From the NCBI RefSeq assembly GCF_000142905.1, contig NW_013657674.1, positions 218,709-282,708 of the forward strand: a stretch of 64,000 nucleotides of DNA, written 5' to 3'. Shown one piece after another: positions 35,003 through 44,407 of this stretch. The translations under genes were made by a program, and so were the position numbers. The notes beneath the pieces were generated by a model. The model saw only the letters and a list, made by a program, of their open reading frames with translations. It searched no databases and was not told where the DNA came from. Positions within the stretch are counted from its first letter, which is position 1. The number at the start of each line of letters is the position of its first letter. The stretch comes from Thecamonas trahens ATCC 50062 (Eukaryota; Protista; Apusomonadida).

Positions 35003-36454
35003 TCAGCCAATGGTGTGCAGCTCGAGGGCACCGGCGACAGAGCCGAGGACGGCGGGAGGCAAGCGGCCGGGGAGTCGCAGCAGGGCGCTAAAGTGAAGCG
35101 ATGGTGGAGCTGATACGGACGCCTTTGGCGATCGGCTTGCGAGCTCGGTGAGCGGGACGAGGCCGACCGCGTCGACAACGGCCTTGACCCGCGAGACAAT
35201 GCGGACGTGCATGGTTAGCTCGGCGGCTTGTGCCGGCGTCACCATGTCGGCAAGCGGGAGGCGCGGCGCCTGCCATTGCGAAGATCGTGCGTCGGTGACC
35301 GAGAGCAGCGTCGCCTCAAACCAGGCAAAGCCGGTCTCGTCGCGGACGCACGCCACGCCACCATCAACGTACGCCGCGAGCAGGCCAAACTGCAAACGGC
35401 ACTTGCCCGGCAGAGTGTCTTCCAGAACGGCCACAACGCTCGGCGGAGACGGCACGATGGTCAGCCGCGAGCGGCAGTGTGGCGAGAGCCGGGCCGGAAG
35501 CGCCGCTTTCTTGGCGTTGCGGATGATGGCGAGAGCCTCCTCCAGCGACAGTTGCTGTTCAGAGACCGGCGCCAGGTGGCCAGCTCGCGGCGGCGTGCTA
35601 TGCGCCGGCGGCATGCTCGCCACCGAGACCGAGTCATGCTGGACCGACCGCTCAAAGACGCCGTCGGCATCCGAGATGTCCGAGTCGGTATCCTCGCTTC
35701 GGCGCGCGGCGCGATGCCGCACCAACTCGACAGACCGCTCAAAAACAATCGACGCCGGGTCGTCAAGGTCGTCATCGTCGCCGACCCATGACGACTCGAC
35801 TGAGCGCTCAAAGACGAGCTCGCGGCTGGCGCCGGCCGACCGAGGCGACCGCGGCGTACGCGGCGCCGACCGCGGCGACGACCGTGCTGACCTAGGTGAC
35901 CGCGGCGTCCGCATGGCTGAGACCACAGTGAGCACTCCGGGATCGTCATCGGCCTCGGCCTCGACCGTTCGCTCAAAGATCATGGCAGGTGTCGACGAGC
36001 CAAGCCGCCCGCAGCTCGACGTGCCACCGTCCACGGCATCGTCATACACGCGCGTCCGCTCCGACAGCGTCGCCACCGTCGAGCTGAAATCAATCGAACC
36101 GTGATGCGCCATACTCGACGAGCAGCCGGCTGACGTCGCTCTCCCGCGTCCTGCGCCGGTCGATGCCTGCGAGGCCTGAGAGTCATTGAGCGGGATGTTG
36201 CCGCTGCCCTTCCCCCACCGCTGCTGCGCCTGGTTTGGCGCCTGCACAAACTCAATCTCCGCCACAGAGAGCTCGTCGGAGTCCAGCACTGACGAGTACT
36301 CGGCGAGGCCGTGGGGCCTGCTGCCTGGCCCACTCTCGGCTCCACTCTGTGCTTCCCCAGCTCCGGCCGCCTCTGGCCCCCCGACAGCTCCCTCGCTCCT
36401 GCCCTCCTCGTCCTCGGCCTGGGCCTCGGGAGGCGGACGCCGGCAGCACCACAT
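35003..36454 (-). CDS. Uncharacterised protein with N-terminal MWCC and four FER(S/T)V repeats
   Basis: Open frame from ATG 36454 (MWCCRRPP); repeats IFERTVE/VFERSVE/VFERSVE/VFERSVQ; globular-looking C-terminus. Confidence 0.6.
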   Translation of the reverse strand: MWCCRRPPPEAQAEDEEGRSEGAVGGPEAAGAGEAQSGAESGPGSRPHGLAEYSSVLDSDELSVAEIEFVQAPNQAQQRWGKGSGNIPLNDSQASQASTGAGRGRATSAGCSSSMAHHGSIDFSSTVATLSERTRVYDDAVDGGTSSCGRLGSSTPAMIFERTVEAEADDDPGVLTVVSAMRTPRSPRSARSSPRSAPRTPRSPRSAGASRELVFERSVESSWVGDDDDLDDPASIVFERSVELVRHRAARRSEDTDSDISDADGVFERSVQHDSVSVASMPPAHSTPPRAGHLAPVSEQQLSLEEALAIIRNAKKAALPARLSPHCRSRLTIVPSPPSVVAVLEDTLPGKCRLQFGLLAAYVDGGVACVRDETGFAWFEATLLSVTDARSSQWQAPRLPLADMVTPAQAAELTMHVRIVSRVKAVVDAVGLVPLTELASRSPKASVSAPPSLHFSALLRLPGRLPPAVLGSVAGALELHTIG

Positions 36455-36626
36455 AGTGTATGCTCGGGGAGTGAGTGAGTGGGAGAGAGAAACTGTGTCG
36501 ACAAGTCCTTGCTTCCCACCTGCAGCTCCTTGGAAGGCTCCGTACGGGTGGTTGTCGCGCTGCGGTAGGTGACGCAGCGCGTGGCGGGACGGGCCAAACC
36601 CCGTCAGCAACAACAGAGGTGGGAGT

Positions 36627-37796
36627 TCATTGCCGGGCGACGCCTCGCCCGTCGGGGATGAGAGCGACGAGCTCGTCAAAGTTAGCCTTCCAAGCCGCAG
36701 CGTTGGCCTCGGCGGCTGCGTCCTGGGCTGCAACGCGCTCGAGAAGCGCCTCGTTGTTGGCGAGGAGCGCAGCGTGGGCCTCCTTAAGCATGGCGGTGGC
36801 GGCGTGCATGTCGTCGCGGGCGACGGCAGCGCGCTCGAGCTCGGTAGTGAGCGCGGCAATCTGACGATTGAGCGCCTCGACCGTGGCTGAGAGCTGGGCC
36901 GAGTGCGCCTTTTCACGCGCCGCTGCAGCCTGGAGATGGTCGATCTCGGCGCAGAGCGCTTCGGCGTTGGCGGCCGGTGGCGCCGAGGCCATCGCTGACG
37001 GGGGCGGCTGGCCGAGCGAGTCGATGTGGCAGAGGAGTGCCGACTTAAACTGGGCACGAAGCGCCGAGGCCGACTGTGGACCATTGGCGAGGACGTCCAT
37101 GAGGGCATCGACGACATCGTCGACCGGCTCCCGCGGCACAGGCCCGGTCCGCCGCGGCGACGGCACGAACACCAATGCCCGCTGGGTCGACGACGGCGCC
37201 GGCGGCAGCGCCTGTCGCGGTGCAGGCGTTGGCGACTCGATCAGCGCCGAAAGAAGGGACGGCGACGGTGGCGGGTGTGGGCGCGAGATGCGCGAGGTGC
37301 GCGAGGCTGTCGCTGTCCGCGTCTGCAGTGGTGGGGAGACAGGCGCCGGCGTCGGCGGCGCCAGCCGGGCGGCGGCACGGCGCTCCGACTCGCGCACGTC
37401 ACGCTCGTCGAGGCGGGTGAGGTTTGGAAAGGCGGCAATGACCCGCAGCCGATACGACGGTGCAACCTTGGAGACCGGGTTGAGCCGGAGGTCGAGCTCG
37501 CGGAGGGCCGGGAGCGCAGCGAGCGGAGCGAGCGCGTCGAGATCCGGAAGCCGGTTGTAGTACAGATTGAGCTTGCGAAGGTGCGGAAAGGAGGACGAGG
37601 CGAGCGGGTCGATCGAGGTCAGAGCGTTGCGGGAGAGATCCAGGACTTCGATGCCGGTAAAGGCGTCCAGGGCGTCGCCGAGCTCGGTCACCTTTTCATC
37701 GTGGATGCCCGGCAAGACCAGTGAGCGGATCTGGCTGGTATCTGCCGAGTCCGGCAAGAGGATGCGGGAACAGACCCATGCGTGGTCAATGCGCAT
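36627..37796 (-). CDS. CEP72: Centrosomal protein CEP72/LRRC36-like (LRR + LRRcap + C-terminal coiled coil)
   Basis: 'LDLSRNAL', 'LNLYYNRL', 'LDLRLNPVSKVAPSYRLRVIAAFPNLTRLDERDVRESERRAA' closely follow the CEP72 N-terminus; coiled coil 'LKEAHAALLANNEAL'. Confidence 0.8.
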   Translation of the reverse strand: MRIDHAWVCSRILLPDSADTSQIRSLVLPGIHDEKVTELGDALDAFTGIEVLDLSRNALTSIDPLASSSFPHLRKLNLYYNRLPDLDALAPLAALPALRELDLRLNPVSKVAPSYRLRVIAAFPNLTRLDERDVRESERRAAARLAPPTPAPVSPPLQTRTATASRTSRISRPHPPPSPSLLSALIESPTPAPRQALPPAPSSTQRALVFVPSPRRTGPVPREPVDDVVDALMDVLANGPQSASALRAQFKSALLCHIDSLGQPPPSAMASAPPAANAEALCAEIDHLQAAAAREKAHSAQLSATVEALNRQIAALTTELERAAVARDDMHAATAMLKEAHAALLANNEALLERVAAQDAAAEANAAAWKANFDELVALIPDGRGVARQ

Positions 37797-37998
37797 GGTT
37801 GCTGCTGCTCGAGTTGGGCGCGGCGTTCTCCTGGCTCGGTGTGTCGGGCAGGGCGGCAAACTTGGTCCTCAGCTCGGCGGCAGCGGTCTGGAAAGCCTCA
37901 ACCTGTGCGTCGGCTTCGGCAAGCAAGCGGGCAACCTGTTTCTCACAGGCCTCCTTTAGGTACTCCTCCACCGTAGTAGCCTTGGGTTGGCCAGACAT
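37786..37998 (-). CDS. 70-aa helix-only Survivin/Bir1/BORI-like chromosomal passenger complex subunit candidate
   Basis: 'TTVEEYLKEACEKQVARLLAEADAQVEAFQTAAAELRTKFAAL' matches the (M/T)T(V/L)E(E/Q)(W/Y)...E..I..F pattern of the C-terminal helix of fungal Bir1 and plant BORI; coding-like codons. Confidence 0.6.
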   Translation of the reverse strand: MSGQPKATTVEEYLKEACEKQVARLLAEADAQVEAFQTAAAELRTKFAALPDTPSQENAAPNSSSSNHAH

Positions 37999-38019
37999 TC
38001 ACCGTGTGGCGCCAAGTGT

Positions 38020-38210
38020 ACCCCCTCTACACACACACACCGTCTCCCCTTGCTGCTTCCCGCCTCCCAGGAAAAGGTCGTGAACTTGAAACCCGCCTTG
38101 GCGCCAAACCAGCCCGATCGATCGCGCGCGCGCAAATGGCCGACAAGCTACGGCACACGCCGCCTCGCCACAGGCAGCGTCACAAGTCTTCTTGCAACCG
38201 TTGTCTCGCA
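38020..38210. promoter_or_regulatory. Bidirectional promoter with E2F-like and MYB/MSA-like sites
   Basis: TGGCGCCAA 38027-35, TTCCCGCC 38057-64, TTGAA 38086-90, TTGGCGCCAAA 38098-108, GCGCGCAAA 38127-35, CAACCGTTG 38195-203. Confidence 0.45.
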
Positions 38211-38286
38211 GGAGACGTCCACTCTCTCTCTCTCTCTCTGGAGACTTCCCATCACCCAAAGGTCTAAAATAACTGCGCCTTGCGCC

Positions 38287-40610
38287 ATGGAGCGAAGGCT
38301 GACCCAGGTCCGGAGGGACGAGATCCTGCGCCGGTTGGAAGACGAGCGCAAGGCCCGCCGGGCAAGGAAGGAGACAGGCGACAGCGCGTCGAGCGAGGAC
38401 CAACCGGCCAAGACAAGCACACCCCGTAGCAGTGAGGCGGCTCCGCGTGATGCTCGGAGGGATGCGCTTGTTCAGCGCCGAGCCAAGAAAGCTGCTGCCG
38501 CCGCTGCCGCCGCTGCCGCCGCCGCCACTGACCAAGCCGGCCAAGCCGGCCTGAACGCCGACCTGGGCGCCAAGCCTCAGTCCTCATCCGCATGAGCCCA
38601 CCGCACCGCCGTCACGTCCACTTTGATGACGACGCTGGCGGCGATGGTAGTGATGGCAGCAGCTCCGGCGGCGCAGGCGCGGAGAACGGCTACTTTGCGT
38701 TCTCGTCGCTCTCGGGTGCAGGGTCGGGCAACGGCGAGTCCGATGCTGACGGGCGACTGGACGAGCCGGCACCGCTGCCGCCACACATGATGACGATGAC
38801 GCAGCCGTGGCTTTCACCGATGGCGGGCAAAAGAGCAAGTCCAATGCACGGGCCGCCGGCCAACACGGCAGCGCGGCGGTCGCGGCACTCCAAAGACAAG
38901 GTGCGGCTCGAGGTCGAGGCTGAGTTTGAGGAGCAGCACACGTTCCGGCCGCAACTCTCGACGTCATCGAAGCGAATTGATACAGCGAGCAGGGAGGAGC
39001 GGCTGGCGCGGCTGGCCGAGGACAAGTCCAAGTTGTACGTCGAGCGCGAGAAGCTGCGGCTGCAGCGCGAGCAGGACGAGGCGAAGCGGTTGGCTGCCGA
39101 GCGGAAGCGGCGATCGTCGGCGCGGCGTGCCGGCGTGCAAAAGTCGCTCAAAGGCCGGCGATCGTCCAGCTCCGAGCCGGTGCAGGAGCGGCTGTATCGT
39201 GCCGGTGTCGAGGCTGCCGAAAGCCGACGGGAGCGGCTTGTGGCCGCGCAGTCTGAGCTCCCGCAGCAGTGCACGTTCAAGCCGCGGGTGAGCAAGAAGA
39301 AGGCAAGCAGGGACTCGTCGCGGGTCCCACTGTACAAGCGAGTGACTCAAGTCCAACGGTCGAAGAACGCGCGGCTACACAAGCTGCGGATGGAGGTGAT
39401 GGAAGGCGACAGCAATCTCACGTTCAAGCCGCAGACCAACAGCAAGCGGCGGACAACAAGCAATCGCAAGGCACCAGTCTTTGACCGGCTCGCCAACGCG
39501 GCGCAGGTTGCCGAGGCACGCAAGAAGAAGCTCGAGCAGGATCTGGAGCAAGAGCGGGCAGAGCAGTACACGTTCAAGCCGAAGATCTCGGCGCGATCCA
39601 AGGCGCTCGTGGCCACGTCGACGGAGCTTGGCGGCGACGCGTTTCTGGAGCGCCAGAAGCGTTACGAAGAGAGGTCGCGGCGTATGAAGGCTGAGGCGCA
39701 GGCCGAGGCTGAGGCCCAGCTCGCCGAAGCTTTCCAGCCGGAAATCAATGCGCTTCCGAGCGAGGTCCGCCGTAGCCGCGAGGAGCCATCTGATCCTGGT
39801 GAGAGCTTCCTGGAGCGGTGCGAGCGGATGGCGGTGAAGGACTCGGCGCGTGCGCAGCTGTTGCGGGCGAACGCCGAGGAGGAGTACTACTCGCAGTTTA
39901 CCTTTCAGCCCAAGATCAATCCTGCGTCCCGGGCGCTGGCCAAGGACCGCTCGTTTGCGCAGCTGGCCGAATCGACAGCGCCCAAGGCAGCGGCGGCCGG
40001 CGACGCGGTCGAAGCGGCATTTTCCGAGGCTCATCCCTTCAAGCCCAAGCTCAATTCCACGTCGGCGCGGGCCAAGTCATACTTGCGTGACACGTCGAAC
40101 CTCATGGCCCGCATCGAGGCGGACCGACGGGCCAAGGAAAAGGCGCTCGCAGCCGCACGCCTCGAGCGTGAGGCTGCCGAGATGGAAGAGTGCTCGTTTG
40201 CACCGGCGCGTGTGACAGCGTCAACCTCGCCAGAGGCAAACCGGGCCAGGCCCGTCCAGGTCAAGGGTCTTGATAGATTCATGGAGCTGCAGCGGATGCG
40301 AGAGGCCAAGGAGGCCGAAAAGCGCGAGCTCGAGCGGCGGGCGTTCTCTGTCTCACACGCCGCACTTGTCGGGCGTCCGCCGACTGCCGATCGCTCGCCA
40401 CCGGTCGGCAGCCATGCCGATGTCATCTATGCCGCGCGTGCGCCGGCGCCCTCGGTCCACGCCCAGCACAAGCCCAAGCCGCGGCCGCGGTCTGCGTACG
40501 TGCCGACCACCAACGCATCGCGACAGCGCGAGCTCATTCGCAAGATTCTTGCCGACGAGGATCTAGTCCCCATCGGCGACGACGACGCGTTTATGTTTGA
40601 CGAAGAGTAA
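38287..40610 (+). CDS. Basic coiled-coil protein with about 8 (T/P)FxP(x)I/L repeats, putative microtubule-associated; frame break at ~38591
   Basis: HTFRPQL, CTFKPRV, LTFKPQT, YTFKPKI, AFQPEI, FTFQPKI, HPFKPKL, CSFAP. The upstream ORF 38287-38595 (MERRLTQVRRDEILRRL) overlaps ORF 38592-40610 at ATGA. Confidence 0.72.
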
Positions 40611-40707
40611 AACCGAGGCAGAGTCAGCTGGTTTGGGGGAGTCACCTGGGGCCGGCTGCTGGCGGTGGTCGATCCGCCGGACACACGTCGCCGACGGGCA
40701 AAGGGGC

Positions 40708-41925
40708 ATGAGCACGGAAAAGGCGGGAGCATTCAGCATTACGGCGCGTAGCGCATGTGGTGCACGGTGTGGTATTGTTGCGGTGTGCGGCGGAAGCGGG
40801 GCGCTGGCGACGCCGTCGTGCGTGGTTCCGACCTTCCGCGGGGTCGTCCCCTTTCTGCCGCCGGATGTGGTGGGCCAGGTGGTGGCGCCGCTGGCGGGAC
40901 GGGCGGGCACGGGGCCACCTGCAGCACTGCTTGTCCAGGGAGATGCCATCAAGGTGGTTCCGGCCGGCTTTGACCAGGGCTTTGCAGCCTTTGCAGCCCT
41001 CGATGGTCCGGTCATGGCGGTGGTGGCAGATCCGGCCCGCTACAACATGTCCGGCTCGCGGTCCAAGTCGTCAGTGACGGTAGAGACGCCCGCGGGGCGG
41101 ACGAGTCTGGACATCGCCGGCTACAAGGCGCTGCTGGCTGGGCTAAAGGCGGACATTGTTGAGCTGCTGGTTGACGTCCCGCAGCCTGGCGCCGGCACTC
41201 GCCGATGCGCCAAAGCGCTTGACAACACGACGGCCATGTGGGAGGCGCTGGCGGCGGCGGACGACCGATCAGCCCAGGGTGCCCTGGTTCTGGCGCGGGT
41301 GACTGGCGGCGACGCCGGCTCGGTTGTCCAGCAGTCTGTGGCACTGGTACGCAAAATGGCCGGCGCCGAGGTCCTCGGTGGCGTGGTCGGCGGTGTGGTC
41401 GTCCCTGACCTGCGCTCGGTCGCTGCCGACTCGGTGACGGCAGAGGGCGGGTACGCATCGGGCGAGGCTGCGCTGGCGGCGGTCGCTGCTGAGCTGCCTG
41501 ACTCGCTCCTTCGTGTGTATGAGGGTGTGGAGCAGCCGCACGAGATTGTGGCGGCCGTCCGCGACGGCAAGGGCGATGTCTTCTACGGCACTTACCCGAC
41601 GGCGGCCGCCGATCTTGGCTATGCACTCGAGCTCTCGCTGGCGCACGGGCAGAAGCAGCATGTCAATCTACGCGACGTGAGCTTTGCCGAGTCGCAGGCA
41701 CCGTTGGTCGCAGGCTGCCCGTGCTACGCGTGCGAGAAGCACACCCGTGGCTATATTCACCACCTGCTTGTTGTCCACGAGATGGTCGGCACCGAGCTGC
41801 TCATGATCCACAACCACTACGTCTTCCAGGCTTTCTTTGCTGACATCCGCGAGGCCATTGCGGCCGAGGCGGCCGGCGGAGCGCCGTTTGCCGACATCGC
41901 TGCGGCGTTTATGGCGGCGTCGTAG
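40708..41925 (+). CDS. QTRT2: Queuine tRNA-ribosyltransferase accessory subunit
   Basis: 'TPSCVVPTFRGVVPFLPPD'; Zn site 'CPCYACEKHTRGYIHHLLVVHEM...LLMIHN'; lacks the catalytic DSGGFQ of QTRT1. Confidence 0.88.
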   Translation: MSTEKAGAFSITARSACGARCGIVAVCGGSGALATPSCVVPTFRGVVPFLPPDVVGQVVAPLAGRAGTGPPAALLVQGDAIKVVPAGFDQGFAAFAALDGPVMAVVADPARYNMSGSRSKSSVTVETPAGRTSLDIAGYKALLAGLKADIVELLVDVPQPGAGTRRCAKALDNTTAMWEALAAADDRSAQGALVLARVTGGDAGSVVQQSVALVRKMAGAEVLGGVVGGVVVPDLRSVAADSVTAEGGYASGEAALAAVAAELPDSLLRVYEGVEQPHEIVAAVRDGKGDVFYGTYPTAAADLGYALELSLAHGQKQHVNLRDVSFAESQAPLVAGCPCYACEKHTRGYIHHLLVVHEMVGTELLMIHNHYVFQAFFADIREAIAAEAAGGAPFADIAAAFMAAS

Positions 41926-41944
41926 TGTAAGAGCTATCGCGCGA

Positions 41945-42628
41945 CTACTCGGGCGCGAGATGCAGGAGAAGGCCTGGCCGCGGCCCGCCGCCGACGCCGC
42001 GTGTGTCCAGCAGAACATTGGCCCAGAGCCACAGCGCCCAGGCAAGGACGTAGTGGAAGATGTTGACGCGGTAGATGCCGCGGAGCTCGCCGCTGACGCC
42101 CACAGCGGCCGCCACCACGATGCACGCCGCACCGGCGACCGCCGTGTAGCCGAGCAGCGGATCGACATGGTCCTCGGCCCGGATGCCGGCGCCGGCAGCA
42201 GCAAGTACCGCCACCAGCGGCAGCACGGCGCCATAGCCCGGAACTCGCGAGCCGAGGATAATATGGCCGGCAATGACGGCAGCGACGGCAGAGGCCCACA
42301 TCGAAGGCGGGAGCACCGCGCCGAGTGCGCGCGGAGCCAGGGTAAAGGCCACATCGGCAGCAATGAGTACAATTCCAACGTTTGACGCCGCAGAGGCAAG
42401 CTGAGCATGGATCATGCCCAGCATGGAGGCCTTGCCTGCCCCCAAGGCGAACCGCAGCGTGCCGACTGCCGCTGCGGCGGCAACCACGCCCAGACCCAGG
42501 GCGCCTGCAGGGACCATGTCGGCAGCAAGCGGAGCAGCAGCGGTGGCCAGGGCGATGGCACGGGCAAAGAAGCCTGCAGTGGCTGCAAGCACAAGGTCGG
42601 AGAGGGCCATGGTCAGTTGGACAGGCAT
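41945..42628 (-). CDS. Uncharacterised multipass membrane protein (DUF6962-like)
   Basis: About 7 hydrophobic segments; 'TMALSDLVLA', 'AAVGTLRF', 'NIFHYVLA'. Confidence 0.6.
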   Translation of the reverse strand: MPVQLTMALSDLVLAATAGFFARAIALATAAAPLAADMVPAGALGLGVVAAAAAVGTLRFALGAGKASMLGMIHAQLASAASNVGIVLIAADVAFTLAPRALGAVLPPSMWASAVAAVIAGHIILGSRVPGYGAVLPLVAVLAAAGAGIRAEDHVDPLLGYTAVAGAACIVVAAAVGVSGELRGIYRVNIFHYVLAWALWLWANVLLDTRGVGGGPRPGLLLHLAPE

Positions 42629-43134
42629 GGTGGGCTCGACAGCGACAGGAGTACGGGCCAAGGTCAGGTGGGTTGTGCAGGAGGGGGGGGGGGGAGGGGG
42701 GAGGGGCGGAGGAGGCGAAGACCAGTCATGGCCGCCATCAGCCCGTCAGCTGTTTGAGGAGGACTCGGATGGCGATGCAGCTGCGCCTAGCAACTGATGC
42801 GGATGGGTCTGTTTGGCACACCGCGTACGTGGATCGTGGCTCACAAGAGCGCCATGATCATTCTGTTGGGAGGGGGGAGCGCATCAGAGGAGACGTGACC
42901 CCCCACACACACACACACACATCGATACACCTGCCAGGGTTGCTCATGGTACGGGTGCACCGTCCTCGATTCTGCCAATGGACTCTGAACCGAACAACTG
43001 TGGTACAGCAGAGGCCCGGTGCGGTGATGAAAATGGCTTCCACGCCTTCTTCAGCTTCTCTACAGGCCTTCCACTTCGATCGGCAGACCTTCGATAAGAG
43101 GCAGGGACTGCGTGGACGCAGCACTACGGCGTAT

Positions 43135-43166
<32 letters not shown>

Positions 43167-43190
43167 AGCAAACACGCCTCCCTTCCCATC

Positions 43191-44183
43191 ATGCCGTCTT
43201 CGCCAACGCAAGCACAAATCAAAGTCGGCAAGGCCAAGGCGTTTGTCAAGAGAGTGGCCGATGTCGTTGTCGCTGCTGGTGGCCTTGTTGATGCTCAGGT
43301 GATTACGGCCTCGGGCGACGCTCTGGCGGAGTATGTGCAGTCACCCACCAGGGATGCGCTCAACGCAGTAGTGGCTGCAGAGCGGCGCAAGGCCGAGCAA
43401 TTGGTGGCTGCGCCAGAGGCGTCGCATCTTACTGCAGCCGTCATCACGCCGCCGCCTGAGCTGTGGGAGCCAATCAACGCCATCCGCGCTGAGCTCGAGC
43501 CAAGGCATGTCGACATCTGGCCGCCGCACATCACGCTCTTCTATCCGTTCTGGCCCGTCTCAAGCTGGTCCAATGCCATCGATCCGCTCGCCGCTGCTCT
43601 CGCGGGCATGGATCCGTTCACCGTTGTTCTGTCCGAGTTCGGAACGTTTTCCCAAGGCCGACGCGGCAAGCTGACGTACCTCAAGCCCGATGATGACTCG
43701 ACTGTGTCGCTGCGGGCGCTACGGACCAGCATGCGCGATGATATCTTCCCCGATCTCAGGGCCCGGTTCTCGCAGCCGCACATGACGGTCGGCCGCGGTC
43801 AGCACGAGGAACAAGCCAGTCGGCTACAGGGCGACTGGCAGCCGATCGCTTTTGAGGCTCAAAGTGTGACCCTGCTCGCGCGCCCGATCATGGGCGAGCC
43901 GCTCGAGGTGCTCGCCGAGCTCCCCATCGGGCCGGGCGGATCGGTCTCTCGCGCAGCGCTCGACGCACATCTCGATGCCTCTGCGAGCACGAGCAGCGAC
44001 GCTGCGGTGCACTCACTGCAAAATCAAACTGCAGGCTCTGATGCAATGGCTGCGCTTGCGACATGGGCAGAACGCGCCTCGATCCCGCTTGATGTCATGG
44101 ATGTGGTGTGGGCCGAGGTCGATGCCGCTCTGCCGCGTCTTGCTGGTGATGCCGCGGCCACCGCTAGCGATAGCTCTGCCTAA
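43191..44183 (+). CDS. 2H phosphoesterase (2'-5' RNA ligase superfamily, LENG9-like)
   Basis: Two HxT motifs 'WPPHITLFYPF' and 'QPHMTVG'. Confidence 0.85.
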   Translation: MPSSPTQAQIKVGKAKAFVKRVADVVVAAGGLVDAQVITASGDALAEYVQSPTRDALNAVVAAERRKAEQLVAAPEASHLTAAVITPPPELWEPINAIRAELEPRHVDIWPPHITLFYPFWPVSSWSNAIDPLAAALAGMDPFTVVLSEFGTFSQGRRGKLTYLKPDDDSTVSLRALRTSMRDDIFPDLRARFSQPHMTVGRGQHEEQASRLQGDWQPIAFEAQSVTLLARPIMGEPLEVLAELPIGPGGSVSRAALDAHLDASASTSSDAAVHSLQNQTAGSDAMAALATWAERASIPLDVMDVVWAEVDAALPRLAGDAAATASDSSA

Positions 44184-44407
44184 AAGCCACACCGCTCCCT
44201 CCCAGCCCTTGCGATCCTTCCCTTTTCGTTGAGCTGGGCCGATGTGGCGCGTCAGAGACAGGTCAGTCAGCCGTCGAGTCGCGGCTCACCGGCCATCGAG
44301 CCACCACCGCAGCGAGGGGAGGACGGGCCCGTGCCACCCCGGGACCGGGACACCCCACCCAAAGCCCCGGCAGGTCGTCGAACCTTTCGATATCTTGCAA
44401 ACGGTGC

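Noticed and set aside
36455-37117. N-terminal 221 codons of the 704-aa ORF
   Set aside because: Overlaps CEP72 in another frame and crosses an intergenic CT-rich tract; ATG 36454 is the more plausible start.
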